This document shows positions 26,301 to 38,679 of a DNA stretch of 64,000 bases, piece by piece. The translations under genes were made by a program, and so were the position numbers. The number at the start of each line of letters is the position of its first letter. The stretch's first letter is position 1. Origin of the DNA: Adineta vaga (taxonomy: Eukaryota; Animalia; Rotifera); contig CP075492.1 of assembly GCA_021613535.1 (NCBI GenBank), positions 930,001-994,000 on the forward strand. The letters run 5' to 3'. Under the pieces are notes generated by a model. The model had not been told where the DNA came from. It made no database searches and saw only the letters and a program-made list of their open reading frames with translations.

Positions 26301-29300
26301 TCTCTTTCTGTTAGGATTGGATTTATCGATATTATTGTCGAAACTATGGTATTTATGATAGTCATGGTGATTTTATAACCAATTCTCATTCTCCTAATGA
26401 TACATCTGATTTATTATGTTTATCAAATCAATCAAAATATGAATTTAATGGAATAAAATATCCAAAAGAATCTTCAATTATAATCTTTGCTGGATCATTA
26501 GAAGTCGAACAAACTTATCAATTTATGGTTCAAATGACTAACCGCCGAAATTCTACAATTTCTGCATCTGCTTATGTTCTTGTTCAAATCAAAGATTTAC
26601 AAAAATCAATGATTATCATCAGGTAAATTTATGAGACCTTTCTCTTTCTCATCTCTTTTCTTTAGTTGTATCATTCCAACACTTTGTCCACGAAATCTTG
26701 GATATCGTTTATTGAATCCAACAACACAATTATCATTATTTTCTCGTTGTGAAACAAAATGTCAATCAATTTTGAATATTCAATGGAATATTTATCATTC
26801 ATCTTCAAATAAAAGTCAATGGTCTTTATTCAATCATACTGGATCTTCTAATAAATCTTTATTTTTCGGTCAAACTACAAATAATTTGACAATATTAAAT
26901 GAATTATTTCTAACAAATCTTCGTATTCAATATTGGCGATTTGAAGTTCTTTATTCATTTTCCAATCAAATAAGTTCAAGTACATTAGATTTTGAAATTG
27001 AAAATGAATTTCTTCTTATAAAAACGTGTTCAATATTTCCAACCAATGGAACAACCGATACAATTTTCTCGATAAATTGTTTTTCTACACCAAAAATTAA
27101 AGAATATTCTTTATATTGTTTGTATAAACAAATTTTCTTATGTCAAATCAAATAAATTTCTTTATTTTAGATTGGTCCAATGATTCAATAAGATTAACGA
27201 TCATTGCGTTTTCACCTATTTCAAATTTTACAGTTCAATTACCAAGTGGAAAACTTAATCTTGTTATTCAAATTCGAAATTTAAATAATCAAATAACAAA
27301 ATTAAATTTATCAACAATTTATATTTCAAAATACTCTTTTATAAATTCATTTCAAGAAAATAATCAATCATTTTTAGAAATATTTTATAGTCAAAATCAA
27401 AATCAAATTACACAATTAATCAATTCATTTTGTCAAGAATTAAATGAAATTTCCGATGAAAATCTTCAGAACGCAATTAAACATGGAATTTCATCAACTA
27501 GAATCTCAATTTCATCGTTAGGAGATCATCAAATTTCTTTAACAGAATTCATTTCAATTGAAAATCAATCAGTAATGAAGGAATTTAATGAAGAAATCAA
27601 TTTTCAAGCAGAATTACGAGAATATTTAACTGAATTTATAATTGATCTTGTTGTTCTATCGATTGAAAGTATTAAATTACAATTATCAACATTAATTCAA
27701 CTTACTCAAACAACAAATCAATTAACAAGAAAAACTCTTTCAAAAATTTCAAATAAATGTTATCAATTAGCTAAAAATCTTTATTTCTTATCAAATAAAA
27801 TTCCATATGAAGATGTTCAAATGACAAGTCAACTACTTATTCAGTGTTCTGGCAATCTACTAACCGTGAGTATAAAGTACATTCTATTATTTTTCTATTA
27901 AATGATTTATTTTAGGGTATTAATGGAGTTCTACAACAACGAACTATCATCTTACAATCAGATTTTGATAGTTCAACAAAAATACCAGATGATTATGATA
28001 CAAATTTAGATTCTGATTGGTCGAATTTAAGTAAATTATATTGTTGCTTTCTTTCAAAGAGATTTTAATTTGTTTCGAAATAGAATTATTTGCTTATGGA
28101 AATGATTTTTTAATGGAGAAAATTAATGAAAATCGAAATCGATTTTATCAAGAAAAATTGATGAATGAAATAACAAATGAAGTTAATGAAATCATATCTT
28201 TAGTTACTTCATCATTGAATATTCATTTAAATATTGGACAAAAAATGATCATTAATACATCAGAAACATTTGCAACGTTTGAAACAATTTCAATGAAATC
28301 AATTTCTGATAAAAAAATCGAACAAATTGATGGAGCACAAATTCATTTATCATCAAATGAAACATTATCATCGAATAAAACAATTTTTCTTCGATCAATT
28401 ATGGAAAGATTAGCTTCATACGATAAAAATTCACATACAAATCTTTCCCGAATGATTTCATTAACAATTCTTGATCAAAATGGAAATGAAATTCCTTTTC
28501 AAACAACAAAACAAAACCCCATTCGATTGATCATCCCAAGAGATCCAAACTTTCCAATTCCACCAATGATTTATCATAATGTTTCTTCATTTAATTCCAC
28601 ACCTCATAATCAAACAGTTCATTATCATTTCGTCAATATTACTTCTCATTTACCAATTTCAATTCATATTGAATTTGAACCCGTCGATTTGAATTTATCT
28701 TATTTATTAATTTATAAATTCGATCAATTTCCACAATTAAATCAAAATGATGGTTGGAAAAGATTTTCTTCATTTGAAAAGAAGAAAACCCATATTCTTT
28801 TTCTTGATAATCAACAAACCATTGGTCATCAAACATTAATCTTTGGTTTACGAGAATTGAATTCATCAAGTGGACCCGTCCAATTTACTTCAGATTATCA
28901 ATTAAGAATCTTTGCATCAGGTTGTTATTATCTTGATGAACATAATCATTGGAAATCTGATGATCTGATAGTTGGATCAAATACAAATCATTATAAAACT
29001 GAATGTTTATCAACACATTTAACAAAATTTGTAAGTGGTTATATCATTTTACCTGAAATAATCGATTGGAAATATGTTTTTAATAATGCTGAATTTCATA
29101 AAAATAAAACAATTTATCTCACTGTCATTACAATAACCATTATTTATATCATTTTAATGATTTATTCTCGAATGAAAGATAAAAAAGATTTAGAAAAATT
29201 AGGTGTAACACCACTATCAGATAATCGTTCATCGGATCATTATTTTTATCAATTTATTGTTTTTACGGGACGAAGAAAAAATTCAGGAACAAAATCCAAA

Positions 29301-32160
29301 GTACATTTTGTTTTATATGGAGATAAAAGTACAACACGTATTCGAACATTTGATGATTCTCATCGTCAAGTCTTTCAACGTGGTGGAATTGATTCATTTA
29401 TAATGTCCGTACCAAAATCGTTAGGTTTGTTAAATTGTCTTCGTATTTGGCATGATAATTCTGGACAAGATTCTTCAGCATCATGGTTTCTTAAATATAT
29501 TATTGTACGAGATTTACAAACAATGGACACATTTCATTTTATTGCACAACGATGGTTTGCCATAGAAAAAGATGATGGAAAAATTGAAAGAATTTTTCCA
29601 GTGGCAAATGAAGAAGAAAAGAAAAGATTTTCATATATTTTATCAAAGAAAGCTTATTATAGTCTTTCAGATGGTCATTTATGGTTTTCAATCTTTTCTC
29701 GTCCACCATCTGAACAATTTACATGTGTTCAACGATGTACTTCTTGTTTTGTTCTTCTCTTTATTTCAATGTTATCAAATATTCTCTATTATGATTTATC
29801 AAATCGAACAAAAATGGATAAAAATTCAACAAATCTTTCATTTGGATCATTTTCCATCACTTCAAATCAAGTTTGTATCTTCATCTTCTCTTCCGTTTTT
29901 TTAATTTCTTTGTTCTGTTATAGATTCTAGTTGGTTTGATGAGTGAAATAATCTCATTGATTCCAAGTATGTTATTGGTTCAAATGTTTCGTCGTCTTCA
30001 ACCTCGTTATCGTCGAATTTCACCATTACAAAAAGTTTTTCATCAAAATGTCCCGGAGAAGGAGAAGAAGAAGAAGAAGAAATGTTCAATAACATTTCCC
30101 TGGTGGTGTATTTTTGTTGCATATGGAATATCTTTTCTGTTAATTTTAACTTCGATTTTCTTAATTATTGCACGTGGAATTGAATTCGGTGATATCAAAA
30201 GTCAACAATGGTTAATTTCTGTTCTTTCTTCATTTTTTTCATCAATTCTTCTAACTGAACCAATTAAAGTAAAGTATTTTGTTCTTTTATTCAATTAACT
30301 AACTATATCTTCTGAATAGATTTTATCATTTGCAATATTTTTTTCATTTTTCTGTCAAAAATCAACGAATGAAGATGAAGAAGCCAAGGAATATATCGAT
30401 GAAAACAAGTTCACTCTCAATAAAGATGAAGAATATCTTCATTCATCAAAGGAAATTTCAACTATTCGTCCAAATCGATTAACACCAAATGAAATTGCTT
30501 GTGCTCGTCAAATTCGTCTTCGTGAACTTCAAATTTGGTCAATAATTCACGAAATTTTTCTTTATATTTGTTTTCTTTCACTATTATTACTCATTGTTTA
30601 TTCAAATCCCAATCCCAATGCTTCATTTCAAGTTCAACATCTTCGAAAAACATTTTCTTATCCTCAATCAAATATTTTCTCAATAAATGACTATTGGAAA
30701 TGGTTAGAAAAAGATTTTATTGAGAAACTTCGTGCACAAAAATGGTATAATGGAAAAAAAGTGGACTATCTTCGTGGTTATCTAAATGATACATCAAATC
30801 GAATGCTTGGTTGGGCAAAAATGAAACAATCAAGAATTCAAAGAGATTTGTGCTCAAAAAGAATTAAAATCAAATCAATTTGTCGAAATAATATTGAAGA
30901 AAAACGTTCATTTTCTTCATCAATCTCGAAATCATTTGAATATGAATCAAATGAAAATGGATATATTTATGAATTTCGTGGTTCATTATCAAATCTTCGA
31001 AATAATCTATCTGAACTTCATCGATTCGGATGGATTGATCAACAAACACGTTTTATTCAAATTCAAATGTCACTTTATAACCCAAATATTGAATTATTTA
31101 CATTTGTAACACTTCAAACAGAATTTCTTTCAACAGGAAGTATTCATTTTCAATCAAGATTTGAACCAATTCATTTCTATGGTAAACTTTTCTCTTATCA
31201 TTCATAGAAAGATGTTTTTTCTCTTCTATTTTATAGCTTTTACATCACTTTTTCAATTGATTTCAATGATCATTTATGTAATCTTAATTCTTTATTTAAT
31301 TTGGAATGAAATTCATTCGATCATCGAGTTAAAATGGAAATATTTTTTACAGTTTTGGTCACTAATTGAATTTAGTTTAATCATTTGTTCAATTTCATCC
31401 ATTGGAATTTATTTTCTTCGATATCAAATCGCTAAAAAAATTGGACAAATTTTTCGTGAAACAAAAGGTGATGAATTTATTAATTTAGAAAAATCAATTT
31501 ATTTTAATGATCTTTTAACATATTTTCATGGTTTTTCTTGTTTTTTTGGTACAATTAAATTTCTTCATTTATGTCGATTTAATCGTCGTTTATCTTTATT
31601 TACTGAAACACTTCGATTATCATTTAAAGAATTAATTTCATTTTCATTTATGTTTTCAATTATTTTCGTATCATTTCTTTGTTTATTTTATCTTTTATTT
31701 CTTTCAAAATTATCATCATGTTCAACATTATTTCGAACATCTCAAATGTTATTTGAAATGATTTTATTAAAATTTGATTCGAATCAATTATCTCGTGCAG
31801 AAACATTTCTTGGACCATTTACATTAACTTTATTTGTTCTTATTGTTGTTTTTATTTGCTTGAGTGTATTTTTATCAATTATTAATGAGAATTTTCGTCT
31901 TGCCCGTGAAAAAGTTAATGATGATCCAGAAATATTTTCACATATAATCAAGAAATTTCTACGATGGACAGGTTTACGAAAACGACCAGAATGGGAAATT
32001 CAAGAGGAACGAGATAAGAAAATGCGAGAAGAATATTTAAATACAATCGATGCATTACCTCTGAGAACGAAACAATTAGTTAATCAAATTAATCGAGTAA
32101 AGACCGTTTCTTGTCATTTATTTATCAAGATTTTTTTGTTTTTAGATGTATTTGAATTAG
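20308..32160 (+). CDS. Polycystin-1-like (PKD1L/REJ) protein with two N-terminal NHL beta-propeller modules; multi-exon
   Basis: Signal exon; NHL modules at ~20417..21305 and 24722..25612; REJ-like region; GPS motif CYYLD..WKSD..CLSTHL|TKF; TM; PLAT (FTGRRKNSGT..FQRGGIDSF..IWHDNSG); polycystin channel TMs; final mini-exon MYLN* ends at 32160. Joining the two NHL modules across the TE-bearing intron is phase-compatible but inferred. Confidence 0.85.
21879..24428 (-). mobile_element. pogo/Tc5-like DNA transposon with long (~283 bp) TIRs, in an intron of the polycystin gene; transposase decayed
   Basis: Near-identical inverted repeats at 21879..22161 and 24084..24365; minus-strand CENP-B-like HTH (FAASSHWLYIFKHKHDIVSRKVTK), NTDQSG and IQPLD; ATG at ~23846; stops and frameshifts; right end beyond 24365 is inferred. 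Confidence 0.88.
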
Positions 32161-33324
32161 CGAACAACAATATGAGAAGAAAAAAGACTTGTGTTATATG
32201 GTTCACTTTGAAATCATTTCTTCTAACAGAAACGACTAATTCATAATTCCAACATTCTCGGTTTGCAAGATACGTGATATCACTCTCTTTTTTTGTGTAA
32301 GAAATATGGCAATATATTCGTAGAAAACTGTCACAAATATATATTTTGGGTTTTTTTTTCAAGTAACGATAGTAACTGATAATATTTGATAAAGCAAAGT
32401 CTTTTCCTCTTTCGAACTTAGTCCAATCATGCTCGAAATTCATCATCTAATTAATAGTCTTTTTAAATCTTTATGTCTAACTTTTTAGCTCTATGCAACC
32501 CTACTACACATTACAAATATATGAAGTAAATGAAAGTTCTTTAAAGAGTGAGAAAAATCCATGCATAGAACATAGGTTATTTCAAATATCTTATATTAAA
32601 TCGCTCAAATATGCTAAACGGATTGTTAATTCATTAATATTACATCCACATCAAATTCGTAATATTATCTTTGAGCATGTATGTTTGACTTCTGTATATT
32701 TTCTACAACCAAAAAATAAACTCTATTTTAAAACAAGTATTCCAATATCATTCGTTTTCGTAATCAGTGGAATAATATCCCAATGAACGTCTTCGTAATG
32801 ATCATTCATTACATGTTTGTTACACAAACTCTTCCTGATGCATTTTCTACATTTAGATCACTTTTAAAACATATTCGTTGATCAACTTGAGTATAATCTT
32901 GAAGGCACTTTTTTGTCTAGATGAAATCCATCATATTTTCCCACAGTTGCACTATTTGTATATCAATAAAAAGCACATTTTCTGAACTATTACTGCAAAT
33001 AATCAGAAGGATATCCTTTTTGTCAATGGATTCCTTGACGTATTATTTATGGGAATACATCATAACGAATGTACACAAAACAAGTCTCAATGATATATAG
33101 ATGATTTGAAGAATAGAGGTGAAAGAGAAATCAAAGTTATAAAAAAAGATACATCAAATAATGCTTTCGATAGTATTGTAAATAGATTAAAATTTTGTTT
33201 TAATGTGAACGGTGAGACGTCTGAACAACATATATAGAACATTCTAGCATCAAAGAAAAATAATTGTGCAATTTCAACGAGAAATAACGGAGATATTGAA
33301 ATTTGTTTTTGTTAAATGACTTTT

Positions 33325-33646
33325 CGGATATCCTGTACTTGTCTGTTGAAGAGTGATTGAATAGAAGTCGTTTCCAATAACACAAATGTTTCTGATGTAT
33401 GCATTAGCATTTTTTCTCCAATATTTAAATCTAAGTGAATATTCAATGATATAGTAACTAGAGAAGTGATTTAATTGACGTAATTCATTATTTCGTTCCC
33501 CAATTTGTTTTTTATTGATGAATTATTTTCATCAACAAACAATTCTAGAAAAAAAAGATTAAATTTCCTTAAATGAAAGTAAATATAACTTACTTAAATT
33601 AGACCAATCTGAATCTAAATTTGTATCATAATCATCAGGTATTTTT
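33325..33646 (-). pseudogene. Inverted fragment of a polycystin/REJ paralog
   Basis: Reverse complement gives IPDDYDTNLDSDWSNL|intron|ELF..SLVT.SLNIH..LNIGEKMLMHTSETF, homologous to ~27980..28320 with the same intron position. Confidence 0.8.
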
Positions 33647-33667
33647 ATTATACTATTATAAAATAAA

Positions 33668-33705
33668 TAACGCTCGCCGAGGCTGACTCGCTTAACCCTC
33701 GACTG
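33668..33705 (+). repeat. Unclassified ~38-bp dispersed repeat, copy 3 of 3
   Basis: taacgctcgccgaggctgactcgcttaaccctcgactg. Confidence 0.75.
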
Positions 33706-34346
33706 AATTTTCTATAATCAGCTTACACTATGTCTTTTTTGAGTGCGCTTTCAAAGCTCTCGTCGTGCACAGTCTGATGAAAGGACGTGTCATATTGAAT
33801 GGAAGAAGCAGTTCAGTAGACTTCATATATCTACGATGACATTATGATGGCACTAGCGAAAATTGGTGCATACAGCATAGTTTTTCTTTCTTGTTTAAGG
33901 TACGGTCTCGAAGGCTGTGCTAGAATCCAATAAGCACATACACACACTCGACATTAATACATATGTCTATATATAAACTACGACTTTACATTTTAACGCC
34001 TCAAATACGTTAATGATTTCTGTAGTCTTATATTCTTTACAGATTTTATAGCCATATAAGTTTATTGAATTGGTCTATTCAGATCCTATGAGTCTTCCAC
34101 AATATAGTCTGTCAGAGTCTCTTGGTACTATCATAACCGTGTGTTTTTGACATATCCCTAGTCCTAAACGGTATTCTATTGACCAATATCGGCGCTCTCA
34201 AGCACATATAGAAAAGTTGTTTTCGTATGACCCTTATCACAGCCGAAAGAACAATCCACTATGAAAATCAGGTCGAACTAATCTTCATCACACTGGAATA
34301 TCACGAAGTAGTCTTAACGATGCTCAATTGCCAATGATGCAGCTGC

Positions 34347-34398
34347 GCAGCTAGTCGTTCGTCGGCGCCCCTTTAGGGCGCCACTCACGACTAGCCGC
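34347..34398. repeat. GC-rich stem-loop
   Basis: gcagctagtcgttcgtcggcgccc-cttta-gggcgccactcacgactagccgc. Confidence 0.8.
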
Positions 34399-35088
34399 TC
34401 TCCTATGTGCACTTGATTCTCCGCTATACGATTGTTCTTTGCCTACGATCTTTCTCATTCACCTTCATGGTTTTTCAATTTTACTCATCGATCGCACTGT
34501 GCACTCTGATTAAATAGTGTCGTTTACCTAAACCATTATAGCAGTTTTGACTGACTGAATATCCAGCCTGATAAAACCTTATATTAGTCCATAGGCGACC
34601 ATAAAAAATCCACAAGTGACTGGTTCTTTAGAATGACGAAACCTGATCGATCCAAAATCCAAGTTCATAGGAACACATGTGAGCAGTGTTAGACGATGAA
34701 AACCTCTGATCGGTCCAAGGCCTACAAAAAACAGCTGTGTCGATGAATAACCCTAGAATTTTAGAAACTTGTTTGTTTGCCGTTGGAACTCATCGCATAT
34801 CGAGCTCTTTTGAATTTTTGACCATTTTTGAAGAAAATGTTTTTTTTGACCTTTAAACTTTCACCCACACCCTGACCGTCCCACACCCTCCCTCCACCAT
34901 TCATCACTCGTCACTCTACCACTGAGCTATAACCCCATTATCAATGCTTATTATATTCATTTATTTATTTATTCATTTATTCGTTTATTAGTGCGAAAAA
35001 TAAATGAAATAATATTATTATCAATAATTAGTGAAATATAATAGATTATTTTATGAAAGAAAGAATAAATGAACATTTTATTTGTCTT

Positions 35089-35196
35089 AATAGTTGTTAA
35101 TTCATGGCGACGATGACGCGTGTTACGTCGAAAGTTTTGGTTTTTCATTCTTTTAAAATATAAAAACTGGCAATTCGCCATGAATTAACAACTATT
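35089..35196. mobile_element. 108-bp MITE-like element with perfect 22-bp TIRs
   Basis: aatagttgttaattcatggcga ... tcgccatgaattaacaactatt. Confidence 0.7.
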
Positions 35197-35594
35197 GAGT
35201 TAATTTCAAGATATATCATTAAATTGGATTAAATTATTTTCTTTTTAATTGTTTTTTTAATACTATAATAGATTCTTCTGATACCGTCCAAAACAATCAG
35301 AAAATTACATGTTGAATTCCACTGAATAATCTTATTTTGATGGTTAGATCCGCAACATGTATTAATTGATATCCAATTATGAATATATACTGTAATTATA
35401 ACTAGTAACGCAGCACAATTGCAGCTGACCCTCTACTGGAAGGAATTGATATTGTACAACTCATGGTGTTACATGTATGGGCTGTAGAAATTCGCTGCTT
35501 TGTTTGTTTGTATGAAAACAATGCCGTTGTTAAAAATAGTTTTTGATGACTATATGAAGATCATATCAAGAAACTAATATTAATTATTGCTTAA

Positions 35595-38460
35595 CCCTGA
35601 AACGCCCACCTGGGGTCCACGCGGACCCCAACTAGTTTCATTCTAATGTTTCATATATACGATGACAGATCATATCACGCCACTCTAGATATGCTCTAGT
35701 GCGGACTAGTAGAGTATACCATAGAGAGCATTCGCTTATATCTTTAAGCCATCTATGAGATAAATTACCTCAAAGTGTATATATACGCATATTGCCCACC
35801 TGGGGTCCAACCGGACCCCATAATATAATACTAGTTTTCTCTTTTTATTTGATTATAAGTTTTTCATTCTCATATTTTATACATCTATTCGCTCCTATGA
35901 CAGTATTCTGTAGCTATCTAATAAACTTTAAAGCATATGAATCGCTTCACAACGTTATATTCTACATATTTGAGTATTCTTACAGCTCATCTGTTATTTT
36001 TTGAAATAATTATCTCTCCAATGTACAAGTTGAATATTTTCATGAATAATACTTTTGTGCAGTACCACTCTACATGCATAGTTTTTTCTTTCTGCTATTG
36101 ATATGACGTCACTATATATACATATATTATATGTATATCTTATTTCGTTCTGCGATCAAACGTGGATACATACATCATTTCTCTGGTATGTTCAAGTACA
36201 TATGTTTTCGTTCTCGTCCTTTCTGTATATATGACATATGCTCTCTCTTGTACCTGCTAGAAACTTCTCTTATTTCTGTCATTTTCTAGCGGGCTCCTTG
36301 ATTTTCTTCATAAAAACCTATATAAACCCATTCACAGAGATAGTAAAATCATGACATATTTCACTACATACAACTATTATACGAATACATATGGATTCGA
36401 AAAAACGCTCCGATTCCAATCAATCGAAACACTGGTCTCGATATTCCAAGCACTCCAGTGATGAATCCAACGACGATGATGATGATGCTGATAATGATTC
36501 TGAAGATGACGAGATACCTTCTACTCTTCAAGATAGTTCTGACGAATCAGATGGTGGCGTGGTTGAAAAGGATTCAGATGATGAATCTGATGCTAGCACT
36601 GTTGAAATTGGAAGTAACAGTGATGATGAACCACCTAGACGCCGAGCAAAACGTCAACCACAAGTTGAACAATCACCGGTTCAAATGTTTACAGCAAAAT
36701 CTGGACGTCAGTGGACATCAAAGGAACCTCCCAAACGAAAAATACCATCAGCTAATATCTTACGACAGCAAAATGGTGTTGGGCGACCAGCTACAGGTAT
36801 ACAAACAATTAAAGAAGCATTTCAGGTTCTGATCACTCAAGAAATGGTTCTTATTTTGGTGAAGGAAACTAATCGACGAGCTCATCTGATCTTGGAACAA
36901 TGGAATAAGAACAATTCTGGTAAAGAATACCAATGAAGGGATACGAACCTTGAAGAAATGTGGGCTTTCATTGGGCTTTTACTCCTTGCAGGTGTTCATC
37001 GAGCGAAGAATGAGACTCTGGATGAATTGTGGTCAATGATCAATGGACGACCTATATTTCGAGCAACTATGAGCAAGAATCGTTTCAAAGCCTTACTTCA
37101 GTTTTGTCGATTCGACAATACAACAACACGAGAGGAACGACTGAAGTCAGATAAACTAACAGCAATACGAGATTTATGGACAATGTTCTTAGCTCGATTA
37201 CAAATATGATACACGCCTGGTGGATCGCTCACGGTAGACGAACAGCTTATTCCAACGCGTGGTCGTTGCAGTTTTCGTCAATATATGCCTAGTAAACCTG
37301 GAAATATGGACTGAAGATCTTTTGGTGTTGTGACTCAAATACAGCATATCCTTTGAAATGCCGAAGTTTATCTTGGTCGTCAACCTGGAGCAGCAGCTGC
37401 AGCTAAAGATACAAATCGAATTCGTAATTTAGTGAAACGATTAGTACATCCTTGGATCAATACAGGACGAACCATTACTACAGACAACTATTTTACCAGC
37501 GCAGAGTTGGCAGAAGATTTTCTAGGTGTTCAAACAACTCTTGTAGGAACTATTCGACGAAATAAAAAGGAAATTCCACGAGAGCTGCAACCAAATACTC
37601 AACGTCCTGAGCAATCATCGATATTTTGTTTTGATCGACAGTTAACACTAGTTAGTTATGTACCTAAAAAATCACATGCCGTGATTCTGTTGTCATCTCT
37701 TCATCATGATCAGACAATTGTCGACGATGAAAAGAAAAAGCCAGAGATTATTTTATATTACAATAGCACAAAAGGTGGTGTTGATCATATGGATCAGATG
37801 GTTCAAACTTATTCGTGTAAACGAAAGACAAAACGATGGCCAATGACTTTCTTTTTCAACATACTTGATCTTGGTGCTCTTGCTGCTTTTGTCGTATGGA
37901 TGAACCAAAAATCCTCAATGGAATGAAAAGGAAAACTACCGTCGACGTCTATTTCTAATGGAACTAGGTTATGATCTTGTTCAGTTGCATCTGGATCGAC
38001 GACAACATCAACCACAGGCACTTCAAAAGAACGTTCTAGTGGCTATGCAAGCGATTGGACTAACTGTTACTACTTCACACCCAACTATTGTTTCAACAGC
38101 TACTACTAAACAACGGTGTCATCTGTGCCCAAGAGAGCGTGATCGCAAGGTTATGACTCACTGTTCAAGTTGTAATGCTCCCTGTTGTCCAGACCATCAC
38201 AAAGTTGTTTGCACGACGTGTAGCGAAAAATTTTTAGGATAAAAGTGGATTATATGAAAGTGTTTTAGAAATAAACGATAGAAGAACGAAATATAGTTTC
38301 TTTTTTAATCTATTGAGTGTTTAAGAGGCAAACTATATACCACATAATACTATCATAGTATACTACTTGAAAGGTGTATTGTACTTATCTTATTGGGTTG
38401 GGGTCCATGCGGACCCCAGGTGGGTAATAAGTGGTAGTCCTACAGGTGGACGGATGAGGG
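35595..38460 (+). mobile_element. piggyBac transposon (PGBD4-like), full-length ends, disrupted transposase at 36391..38242
   Basis: TTAA TSD; TIRs ccctgaaacgcccacctg / caggtggacggatgaggg; subterminal palindromes ggggtcc..ggacccc; VDEQL, TDNYFTS, YYNSTKGGVD and a C-terminal Cys-rich domain; stops and frameshifts. Confidence 0.93.
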
Positions 38461-38679
38461 TTAAACATGCAGGCAGTTTATTCTGAAGTGAAAAAAACAC
38501 ACATACACTCTTAACATGGCATAGAACATATAAGAGATGAAAATGCGTATGAAGAGTATGAGTGAATATCTGAGGGTACGCCTGAAAATCATTCAATGGT
38601 ATATGTTTCGTCAAAAAAACATTTGCTGCTTTCTCTTACTGATGATGCATAAAATACTTGTTCGTCGAAACCGGCTTAA

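Noticed and set aside
32430-33100. Minus-strand coding-like remnants (YTNSATVGKYDGFHL, HWDIIP)
   Set aside because: Too fragmented to assign a product or boundaries
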